Source of the DNA: Hypanus sabinus
Taxonomy: Eukaryota
Assembly (NCBI RefSeq): GCF_030144855.1
Contig: NW_026779444.1
Coordinates: forward strand, 1-64,000
Length of the DNA stretch: 64,000 nucleotides
Direction of reading: 5' to 3'
The translations under genes were made by a program, and so were the position numbers. The notes beneath the pieces are model-generated. The model did not search any database. It was not told the origin of the DNA and saw only the letters and a program-made list of their open reading frames with translations. Shown here in pieces: positions 12,681 through 23,489 of the stretch (position 1 is its first letter; the number at the start of each line of letters is the position of its first letter).

Positions 12681-13696
12681 GACAGAGTGGATTTGGTCTG
12701 TGGAGAGATCGGAGAGACTGGGTTTGGTCTGAGGGGAGATCGGACAGACTGGGTTTGGTCTGTGGAGAGATCGGAGAGACTCGGTTTGGTCTGAGGAGAG
12801 ATCGGACAGACTGGGTTTGGTCTGAGGGGAGATCAGACAAACTGGGTTTGATCTGAGGAGAGATCGGACAGACTGGGTTTGGTCTGAGGGGAAATGAGAC
12901 AGACCGGGTTTGGTCTGAGGGGAGATGGGACAGACTGGGTTTGATCTGAGGGGAGACCGGACAGACTGGGTTTGGTCTGAGGCGAGATCGGACAGACTGG
13001 GTTTGGTCTGAGGGGAGATCGGACAGACTGGGTTTAGTCTGAGGAGAGATCGGAGAGACTCGGTTTGGTCTGAGGAGAGATCGGAGAGACTCGGTTTGGT
13101 CTGAGGGGAGATCAGACAGACCGGGTTTGGTCTGAGGGGAGATGGGACAGACTGGGTTTGATCTGAGGGGAGGCCGGACAGACTGGGTTTGGTCTGAGGC
13201 GAGATCGGACAGACTGGGTTTGGTCTGAGGGGAGATCGGACAGACTGGGTTTGGTCCGAGGGGAGATCAGACAGACTGGGTTTGGTCTGAGTGAAGATCG
13301 GACAGACTGGGTCTGGGCTGAGGGGAGATCGGACAGACTGGGTTTTGTCTGATGGTGATCGGACAGACTAGGTTCGGTCTGAGGGAAGATTGGACAGACT
13401 GGGTTTTGTCTGAGGGAGATTGGACAGACTGGGTTTGTTCTGAGGGGAGATCGGACAGTCTGGGTTTGGACTGAGGGGTGATTGTACAGACTGGGTTTTG
13501 TCTGATGGAGATTGGACAGACTGGGTTTGGTCTGAGGGGAGATCAGACAGACTGGGTTTGGTCTGAGGAGAGATCTGACAGATTGGGTTTGGTCTGAGGG
13601 GAGATCGGACAGACTGGGTTTGGTCTGAGGAGAGATCTGACAGATTGGGTTTGGTCTGAGGGGAGATCGGACAGACTGGGTTTGGTCTGAGGGAAG
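12681..13696. repeat. 31-bp satellite, block 2
   Basis: Same unit; its 3' part is identical to the 3' part of block 1. Confidence 0.95.
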
Positions 13697-14986
13697 ATAA
13701 TGATAATGCCCAATTAGTTTCACAGCTGAAAAGACTGAACTTGCCTTTTGGGGATGTGGTAAATGAGGAAGTAGCTGGAAGTATCTCGTCTTTCATTGCG
13801 GTAGGAAGAACAACAGAGAACTATCAGTGTGCAAGATAAGATTACAGATTAGCGTGATCTGTCAGACATTCATCGAAGTAAACAGTTTCTTGTGTCACAG
13901 ATAGAGATGCACCACATTAAGCTGAGATGCACCCAGACAGGGTGCTGTGTATGGTGTTTGATAACTCTGGTCTTGTACTCGCTGGAGTTTAGAAGAATGT
14001 TGGGGGATGCAGGGGATCTCATTGAAACCTATGCAATACTGAGAGACCTAGATAGATTGGACATGGAGAGGTTGTTTCCAATTGTGGGGAAGTCTTGGAA
14101 CTGAGGGCACAACCTCAGAATCGAAGGACAGCCATTTAGAACAGAGATGAGGAGGAATTTCTTTAGCTAGAGAATGGAGAATCTGTGGAATTCATTGCCA
14201 CAGGCAGCTGTGGAGGCCAAATCATTGAGCATTTTTAAAGCAGGGCTTGAAAGGTTCCTGATTAGCCAGGGAGTTAAACGTTGTGGGGAGAAGTGATGGA
14301 AATGGAATTGAGATGTAAAATAAATCAGACATGATGGAATGGTGGAGCAGACTTGATGGGCTGAATTGCTTAATTCTGCTCCTAAGTCTTATGGTGATGT
14401 AAAAAAGTTCATTCTTGTAAATTGTTCGTTAATAAATTAAAAACACACATTTCTGTGGTCACCCAGCAGTGGATTTGCTGAGAGGATGTGGACAAGATGC
14501 AAGAGCCATTCCCGGCAGCTGTGTAACAGTGGACTGACTCTCTGATGTACGGGTGTACCCCGGCAGACTACAAGTCTGCTGGAAGATCATCAACTCAGTG
14601 ACGGACATACTTTGTGTCAGGGAATGTCGAGGAGGCTTATCCTGAAAGCAGAGCAGCGGAGACGATTCAGCCGTGAGCAATAAGTTTAATAATAGACTGT
14701 AAATTAATAAGCCACGTGGGGTCCACAAAACAAGAGAAACAGAGACTCAACACAACAAGCAACAAGGTAAACATTAGGCAGGGAGAGTGAGGCAGAGGGT
14801 GCTGTCTATGGTGTTTGATAACTCTGGTATTGTACTCGCTGTAGTTTAGAAGACTGCTGGGGGCTGCAGGGATCTCATTGAAACCTATGCAATACTGTGT
14901 GGCCTAGAGGAATGGACCACAGGATGTTTCTGGTTGTGTGATGTCTTGGAATTGAGGGCACTGAATGAGAAATGTCTGTGAGATTG
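13697..14986 (+). repeat. Composite macro-repeat unit A2
   Basis: Offset 2306 bp from A1; only two substitutions noticed by eye. Confidence 0.9.
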
Positions 14987-15352
14987 GACAGAGTGGATTT
15001 GGTCTGTGGAAAGATCGGAGAGACTCGGTTTGGTCTGAGGAGAGATCGGACAGACTGGATTTGGTCTGAGGGGAGATCGGACAGACTGGGTTTGGTCTGA
15101 GGAGAGATCGGACAGACGGGGTTTGGTCTGAGGGGAGATCGGACGGACGGGGTTTGGTCTGAGGGGAGATCGGACAGACTGGGTTTGGTCTGAGGGAGAT
15201 TGAACAGACTGGGTCTGGTCTGAGGGGAGATCGGACAGACTGGGTTTGGTCTGAGGGGAGATCGGACAGACTGGATTTGGTCTGAGGGGAGATCGGACAG
15301 ACTGGGTTTGGTCTGAGGGTGATTGGACAGACTGGGTTTGGTCTGAGGGAAG
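14987..15352. repeat. 31-bp satellite, block 3
   Basis: Same unit, about 12 copies. Confidence 0.95.
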
Positions 15353-16660
15353 ATAATGATAATGCCCAATTAATTTCACAGCTGAAAAGACTGAACTTGC
15401 CTTTTGAGGACGTGGTAAATGAGGAAGTATCTGAATGTATCTTGTTTTTCATTGTGGTAGGAAAAACAACACAGAACTATCAGTGACTTGTGCAAGATAA
15501 GATTACAGATTGGCTTTATCTGTTGGACATTCATCGAAATAAACTTTTTCTTGTGTCACAGACAGAGATGTACCACATCAAGCCAAGATGCACCCAGACA
15601 TGGTGCTGTTTATGGTGTTTGATAACTCTGGTCTTGTACTCACTGGAGTTTAGAAGAATGCTGGGGGTGCAGGGGATCTCATTGAAACCTCTGCAATACT
15701 GTGAAACCTGGAGGGAGTGAACATGGAGAGGATATTTCCGATTGTGGGGAAGTCTTGAAATTGAGGGCACAGCCTCAGAATAGAAGGACGGCAATTTAGA
15801 ACAGAGATGAGGAGGAATCTCTTTAGCCAGGGAGTGGTAAATCTGTGGAATTCATTTCCACAGGCAGCTGTGGAGACCAAATCATTGGGCATATTTAAAG
15901 CAGAGCTTGTTAGGTTCCTGATTAGTCAGGGAGTTAAAGGTTGTGGGGAGAAGGGAGGAGAAAGGGGTTGAGATGGAAAATAATTCAGATTTGATGGAAT
16001 AGTGGAGCAGACTTGATGGGCTGAATGGCTTAATTCTGCTCCTATGCCTAATGGTGATGTAAAAAGTTCATTCTTGTAAATTGTTTGTATAATAAATTAA
16101 AAACACACATTTCTGTGGTCACCCAGCAGTGGATTTGCTGAGAGGATGTGGAGAAGATGCAAGAGCCCGTGTTACAGTTCATTCCCAGCAGCTGTGTAAC
16201 AGTGGACTGACTCTCTGATGTATGGGTGTACCCCGGCAGACTACAAGTCTGCTGGAAGATCATCAACTCAGTGACGGACATACTTTGTGTCAGGGAATGT
16301 CGAGGAGGCTTATCCTGAAAGCAGAGCAGCGGAGACGATTCATCTGTGAGCAATAAGTTTAATAATAGACTGTAAATTAACAAGCCACGTGGGGTCCACA
16401 AAACAAGAGAAATAGAAACTCAACACAACAAGCAACAAGGTAAACATTAGGCAGGGAGAGTGAGGCAGAGGGTGCGGTCTATGGTGTTTGATAACTCTGG
16501 TATTGTACTCGCTGTAGTTTAGAAGACTGCTGGGGGCTGCAGGGATCTCATTGAAACCTATGCAATACTGTGTGGCCTAGAGGAATGGACCACAGGATGT
16601 TTCTGGTTGTGTGATGTCTTGGAATTGAGGGCACTGAATGAGAAATGTCTGTGAGATTGG
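15353..16660 (+). repeat. Composite macro-repeat unit A3
   Basis: Collinear with A1; 5' half clearly more diverged than 3' half. Confidence 0.9.
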
Positions 16661-18806
16661 ACAGAGTGGATTTGGTCTGTGGAAAGATCGGAGAGACTCG
16701 GTTTGGTCTGAGGAGAGATCGGACAGACTGGATTTGGTCTGAGGGGAGATCGGACAGACTGGGTTTGGTCTGAGGGGAGATCGGACAGACTGGGTTTGGT
16801 CTGAGGAGAGATCAGACAGTCTGGGTTTGGTCTGAGAGGAGATCAGACAGACTGGGTTTGGTCTGAGAGGAGATCGTACAGACTGGGTTTTGTCTGATGG
16901 TGATGGGACAGACTGGGTTCGGTCTGAGGGACGATTGGACAGACTGGGTTTTGTCTGAGGGAGATTGGACAGACTGGGTTTTGTCTGATGGAGATCGGAC
17001 AGACTGGATTTGGTCTGAGGGGAGTTCGTACAGACTGGGTTCGGTCTGAGGGAAGATTGGACAGACTGGGTTTGTTCTGAGGGGAGATCGGACAGTCTGG
17101 GTTTGGACTGAGGGGAGATCATACAGACTGGGTTTTGTCTGATGGAGATCGGACAGACTGGGTTTGGTCTGAGGGGAGATCGGACAGACTGGGTTTGGTC
17201 TGAGGAGAGATCTGACAGATTGGGTTTGTTCTGAGGGGAGATCGGACAGACTGGGTTTGGTCTGAGGGGAGATCGGACAGACTGGGTTTAGTCTGAGGAG
17301 AGATCGGACAGACTGGGTTTGATCTAAGAGGAGATCGGACAGACTGGGTTTGGTCTGAGGGTGATTGGGCAGACTGGATTTGGTCTGAGGGAAGATCGGA
17401 CAGACTGGGTTTGGTCTGAGAGGAGATCATACAGACTGGGTTTTGTCTGATGGTGATGGGACAGACTGGGTTCGGTCTGAGGGAAGATTGGACAGACTGG
17501 GTTTTGTCTGAGGGAGATTGGACAGACTGGGTTTGGTCTGAGGGGAGATCGGACAGACTGGGTTTTGTCTGATGGAGATCGGACAGACTGGGTTTTGTCT
17601 GATGGTGATCGGACAGACTGGGTTTGGTCTGAGGGAAGATTGGACAGACTGGGTTACGTCTGAGGGAGATTGGACAGACTGGGTTTGTTCTGAGGGGAGA
17701 TCGGACAGTCTGGGTTTGGACTGAGGGGAGATCGTATAGACTGGGTTTTGTCTGATGGAGATCGGATAGACCGGGTTTGGTCTGAGGGGAGATCGTACAG
17801 ACTGGGTTTTGTCTGATGGTGATCGGACAGACTGGGTTCGGTCTGAGGGAAGATTGGACAGACTGGGTTTTGTCTGAGGGAGATTGGACAGACTGGGTTT
17901 TGTCTGATGGAGATTGGACAGACTGGGTTTGGTCTGAGGGGAGATCGGACAGACTGGGTTTGGTCTGAGGAGAGATCTGACAGATTGGGTTTGGTCTGAG
18001 GGGAGATCGGTCAGACTGTATTTGGTCTGAGGGGAAATCAGTCAGACTGGGTTTGGTCTGAGGGGAGATCGGACAGACTGGGTTTGTTCTGAGGGGAGAT
18101 CGGACAGACTGGGTTTGGTCTGAGGAGAGATCTGACAGATTGGGTTTGGTCTGAGGGGAGATCGGTCAGACTGTATTTGGTCTGAGGGGAAATCAGTCAG
18201 ACTGGGTTTGGTCTGAGGGGAGATCGGACAGACTGGGTTTGTTCTGAGGGGAGATCGGACAGACTGGGTTTGGTCTGAGGGGTGATCGGTCAGACTGGGT
18301 TTAGTCTGAGGAGAGATCGGACAGACTGGGTTTGATCTGAGAGGAGATCGGACAGACTGGGTTTGGTCTGAGGGAAGATTGGACAGACTGGGTTTGGTCT
18401 GATGGAGTTTGGACAGACTGGGTTTGGTCTGAGGGGAGATCGTACAGACTGGGTTTGGTCTGAGGGGAGATCGTACAGACTGGGTTCGGTCTGAGGGAAG
18501 ATTGGATAGACTGGGTTTGGTCTGAGGGAAGATTGGACAGACTGGGTTTTGTCTGAGGGAGATTGGACAGACTGGGTTTGTTCTGAGGGGAGATCAGACA
18601 GTCTGGGTTTGGACTGAGGGGAGATCGTACAGACTGGGTTTTGTCTGATGGAGATCGGACAGACTGGGTTTGGTCTGAGGGGAGATCGTACAGACTGGGT
18701 TTTGTCTGCGGGAGTTTGGATAGACTGGGTTTGGCCTGAGGGGAGATTGTACAGAGTGGGTTTTGTCTGAGGGACATTGGACAGACTGGGTTTGGTCTGA
18801 GGGAAG
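16661..18806. repeat. 31-bp satellite, block 4 (about 2.1 kb)
   Basis: Same unit with 30/31-bp variants. Confidence 0.95.
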
Positions 18807-19244
18807 ATAATGATAATGCCCAATTCATTTCCACAGGCAGTTGTGGAGGCCAAATCATTGGGAATATTTAAAGCAGAGCTTGATATATTCCTGATTAGTC
18901 AGGGAGTTTAAGGTTGTGGGGGGAAGCGATGAGAATGGGGTTGAGATGGAAAATAAATCAGTGATGATGGAATGGTGGAGCAGACTTGATGGGCTGAATG
19001 GCTTTATTCTGCTCCTATGTAAAATGTTTATTCTTGTAAATTGTGCAATAAATTTTTAGAATCACATTTCTGAGGTCACCCAGCTGTGGATTTGCTGCGA
19101 GGATGTGGAGAAGATGCAAGAGCCCGTGTTACAGTTCATTCCCAGCAGCTGTGTAACAGTGGACTGACTCTCTGATGTACGGGTGTACCCCGGCAGACTA
19201 CAAGTCTACTGGAAGATCATCAACTCAGTGACGGACGTACTTTG
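18807..19244 (+). repeat. Composite macro-repeat unit A4 (internally deleted)
   Basis: gcccaatt is joined directly to catttccacaggcag, so 481 bp are missing relative to A3. Confidence 0.85.
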
Positions 19245-19373
19245 TGTCAGGGAATGTCGAGGAGGCTTATCCCAAAATCAGAGCAGTGAGATGGTTCGGC
19301 CATGAGCAATAACTTTAATAATAGACTGTTATTTAAAAAGCCATGGGGGTGGGGGGGGGGGCACAAAACAAGG

Positions 19374-21873
19374 TGTCATGGTCCAGTCCGTGAAGTCCGC
19401 ATTTTGGGTCATGTTCTGGTCCGTGGACTCCAGACTCCAGGTCTTCCCACATTCCCTTGTCTCATTTGGGCTTAATTGTAGACACCTTATTCTCGTCTTG
19501 GGGCGGGGAATATAAGTGGCCCTGGGTTTGAGGGTGTTTGTGGTTTGTCTTGACAGTGTTCTGTCCTTTCCTATGTGTGGGTTTGTCTTGTCAGTGTTCT
19601 GTCCTTTCCTATGTGTGGGTTTGTCTTGTCAGTATCCTGTCCTTGTCTCTGTGGGGGTTGTCTTGTCAGTATCCTGTCCTTGTCTCTGTGGGGGTTGTCT
19701 TGTCAGTATCCTGTCCTTTCCTATGTGTGGGTTTGTCTTGACAGTGTTCTGTCCTTTCCTATGTGTGGGTTTGTCTTGTCAGTGTTCTGTCCTTTCCTAT
19801 GTGTGGGTTTGTCTTGTCAGTATCCTGTCCTTGTCTCTGTGGGGGTTGTCTTGTCAGTATCCTGTCCTTGTCTCTGTGGGGGTTGTCTTGTCAGTATCCT
19901 GTCCTTGTCTCTGTGGGGGTTGTCTTGTCAGTATCCTGTCCTTTCCTATGTGTGGGTTTGTCTTGACAGTGTTCTGTCCTTTCCTATGTGTGGGTTTGTC
20001 TTGTCAGTGTTCTGTCCTTTCCTATGTGTGGGTTTGTCTTGTCAGTATCCTGTCCTTGTCTCTGTGGGGGTTGTCTTGTCAGTATCCTGTCCTTTCCTAT
20101 GTGTGGGTTTGTTTTGTTGGTATCTTGTCCTTGTCTCTGTGGGGGTTGTCTTGTCAGTATCCTGTCCTTTCCTATGTGTGGATTTGCCTTGTTGGTATCT
20201 TGTCTTTGCTGCTGTGGGTTAAGTCAGTCTGTCCTTGCTGTTACCCGATGGTGGGATCTGTCCCTCCTGGTCCATGCATCTGTTGGGTAAGTCAGGTTGT
20301 CATTGCCTTTACCCTGAGGCTGGACTGTTCCCTTCCTTCCCTCCTAAGTCCTGCCCTGTAACCTGTGTCGGGGGTCCCACCCTGCAACCTATGTCTGGGG
20401 TCCTGCCTTGTCTCGCCCCTGCCTGGAGCCTCACCCTGTTTGGAACTGTCTGTCTGTGTCCACGCCTTTGCTAGGTAGGTCTGGCTGTTTTGCTGCTACC
20501 TAGTGTTGGGAACTGTCTCCTTGAGTTCATTGTTCTGTGTAATGAGTCCCGACCCTACGTCCTGTACCCAAGGAGGGGTCCCGGCTTGGAGTTCCATGTT
20601 CCTGTCTTTCCCTCCACCCAGGCTCTGTGTTCTGCGATCCTGTTCTCCCTCAACCAAGTCTCTGTGTTCTCGTCTTATCGATGTGCCTCACCCAGCCCAG
20701 GAGTACCTTGCTCAGCCCGGTGCTGGGGTTCCCTTGTCCTGTCCTGGAGTCTCACGTCCAGTCCTGTGCCTCTCCTCGTCCTGTAACCTTGTCTTGTCCT
20801 CACCTGGTTCTGGAGTCTGAGCCCCAGTCAAGACCCAGGTTCTGGGTCCTTGTCCAGTCTCTGGCTCGGAATCCAAGCCCAGGCTCCCAGTTCCCAATTC
20901 TATGTGCTGGTTCCGCTATCTTTGTCAAGTCCTAGCCCAGGCCTAGAATTCTTGTCTCATCTGGGGCCTGTTTCATGTCCAGTGTCCTTTCTTCCTCACT
21001 TCCCTTGCTTCCTTCTCACGCCTAGTCCTGTTCCTGGTAGTTCAGTGTCTGCCTTGCTTTTGGGTCCACTCCCAATACCCCTCATATGACAGAACGAACC
21101 AGCCATACATGGACCCAGCAATGCAGACACTGTCGTCTAACTCTTGTCATCCTCAGTTCCCTCCTGATTGAATACACCACCACCCCCCCATCCGTCCAGG
21201 TCGTCCTTAATCCTGGACTGTCTGTTAGGTTGCCCGGAGACTCCCATAGAGGAGGGGGCTACTGTCATGGTCCGGTCCATGAAGTTCACGGTCCGGCTCA
21301 TGGTCTGGCCTGTGGAATCCAGACTCTGGGTCTCATTTGAGTTTAATCGTAAGCACCTGATTCTCTTCTTGGGGCTGGGAATTTTAGTGGCCCTGGGTTC
21401 GAGGGTGGTTGCAGGTTCGTGTCCTTGTCTCTCTGGGGTTTGTCTCGTCAATGTCCTGTCCTTGCCTCTGTGTGGGTTTGTCTCATTGGTATCCTGCCCT
21501 TTCCTCCGTGGGGTAAGTCAGGCCGTCATTGCCGTTACCATGAGACTGGACTGTTCCCATCCTTCCCTCCTAAGTCTTGCCCTGCAACCTGTGTCTGGGG
21601 CCTCGCCTCACCCTGTTTGGAACTGTCTGTCCATGTCCATGCCTTCGCTAGGTAGGTCTGGCCATTTTGCCGCTACTTAGCGTTGGGAACTGTCTCGTCG
21701 TGTTCAGCTTTCTGTGTAAAGAGTCCCGGCCCAACGTCCTGTATCCAAGGAGGGCTCCCAGCACTGGGTTCTTCCTCATTTCTCCTGCTTCCTTCTCACT
21801 AACAGTCCTGTTCCTGGTAGTTCAGTGTCTGTGCCTTGCTTTTGGGTCCACTCCCAACGCCCCCCATATGACA
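19374..21873 (+). mobile_element. Non-autonomous Gypsy-type LTR element: 5'LTR 19374-21091, internal 21092-21262, 3'LTR 21263-21873
   Basis: Both LTRs read TGTCATG...TATGACA. PPT agaggaggggg at 21248-21258 lies just before the 3'LTR. The internal region starts gaacgaaccagccatacATGGACCCAGCA. Flanks aagg/aaga are a 4-bp TSD with one mismatch. Confidence 0.85.
19545..20200. repeat. 37/38-bp minisatellite with 225-bp higher-order period inside the 5'LTR
   Basis: Periods 38 (19561/19599) and 37 (19636/19673). ORF-track repeats at 19538, 19763 and 19988 give a 225-bp period. Confidence 0.85.
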
Positions 21874-22989
21874 AAGAGAAATAGAAACTGATCACAACAG
21901 GCAACAAGAGAAACTTTAGGCAGGGAGAGTGAGTGCTGTGAGCAACTATCTGAGGTCAGCTCGTTCGATGAGGAACAAGGTGTGTGGATGAGAGCTGGGT
22001 TTAAATAGGCTGCCGGTGATGAGTTTGGAATAATTAGCAAGTGAATCCTATTGGCTGGGTGGAGATGCGAGGTGCCTGAATGTCCAGGCTGGGGTTGTCA
22101 ATGTGAGTGAGCCTGACACTTCGATCTGGCCAAAACTTTTTGGTCACCCAGGGCAGCGAGATGTCCAGTACCTTTATTGGAGGACTGAGTCTGGTGCGAA
22201 GCCCCTTGAATAGCCTAGCGGTCACTCAAATGCCAGTGGTGGTATAACTAGTTAATGACCTGAATATGAAGATTTTGTAGTTTCCTTGTTTGTATATATT
22301 TTTAATATGTACGAGGGTTATTTTTGAAATATAAAAAAGTGTTGAAAACTTGCAAGATTTATTTATTTTATTTAAAGTTCAAAGTACATTTATTATCAAA
22401 GTTCATGTGCAGTAGTTAACCCTGAGATCTGTCTTCCCACAGACAGCCACGAAACAATGAAACACCGTGGAACCCATTCAAAGAAAAAGCTCAAACACCC
22501 AAGACTCCAGTACCATCCTCTGGCAGCAGGGAGGGAGAGGGACGGAGGGAGAGGGAGGAGAGAGAGAACATCGTCCCAGTGCAGAGGCCTTCACCAGCTG
22601 CACCTCCTGTCTCAATGTTTCAATCTTTTGCAATGCTTCAGTTGGTGACACTGCCAAGGAACCCAGTCCACAGGGGCTGCACAAGGCCGCACCCCAAAGA
22701 TACACATCGTCCAGGCCACTCCTGGAGATATCCAAAATGGGCAGTCAGCAAGCTCTGGGAGCTGGAACCCACTGGCGTGAAGAACTGCAGTTTGAGTGCA
22801 TTTGTAAATCGGACTCCGACATGACCCCTGCACCATGGAAAAAGGAGACATTAAAGAGAGGAATTTGATCTTTTTCATAGACAAGCTTGTAGAAGTCACT
22901 GTCTGGCATCATTTAAGTTCCTTTTTCTAGTTGTCATTATTGCAACCAATATTGTAATGTGAACCTATGATCTCTGGTGTGACTAACTT

Positions 22990-23400
22990 CTGTAATTCAC
23001 AGGGAGAGTATGTGGACTGGTCGCATCATGACTTGGCATGGAAGCCCTAATGCCCAAGAGCAAAAAATCCTACAAAATGAGGTGGGTACAGCCCTGTCTA
23101 TTGCAGGAGATGCACCCTCTCACCATTGAACACATCTACAAGGAGCGCTGCCACAAAAAAGCAGCTTCCATCTTCAAGGGCCCCCATCATCTAGGCCATG
23201 CTCACCTCTCACTGCTGCCATCAGGCAAGAGGTACAGGAGCCTCAGGACCCACACCACCAGGTTCAGGGACAGTTATTCCCCTCAACCATCAGGCTCCTG
23301 AACCAGAGTGGAATGCTTCACTCACCACAACACTGAACTGATTCGACAACCTACGGACTCACTTTCAAGGATTCTGTAACTCATGTTCTCAGTATTACTT
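22990..23400 (+). mobile_element. Rex1/Babar-type LINE 3' fragment
   Basis: KKAASIFKGPHHLGHAHLSLLPSGKRYRSLRTHTTRFRDSY is typical of this C-terminus. Confidence 0.7.
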
Positions 23401-23489
23401 ATCTCATTTTGTTGCCCAGTTTGTCTTTTGCATATTGGTTGTATATCTGTTTGTGTGTCGAGGGCATATAATAGAGCAAAAACTAGAAA

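Larger units (their letters stand above)
19245..22118 (-). mobile_element. Solo LTR interrupted by a nested LTR element
   Basis: Termini TGTCAGG...CCTGACA. Flanks ctttg/cttcg could be a 5-bp TSD with one mismatch. Truncated copies of its left end are present in A1-A3. Confidence 0.65.

Noticed and set aside
10437-18858. Long Pro/Ser/Gln-rich minus-strand ORFs that look mucin-like
   Set aside because: Products of the 31-bp satellite; the period is not a multiple of 3, so all frames cycle through the same peptide
10466-19244. CRISPR-like repeat/spacer or Ig switch-region appearance
   Set aside because: Eukaryotic context; the spacers are paralogous copies, not unique; the unit lacks AGCT motifs and no Ig constant exons are present
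19516-20361. Cys/Val/Leu-rich 215-281-aa ORFs
   Set aside because: Translation of the LTR minisatellite
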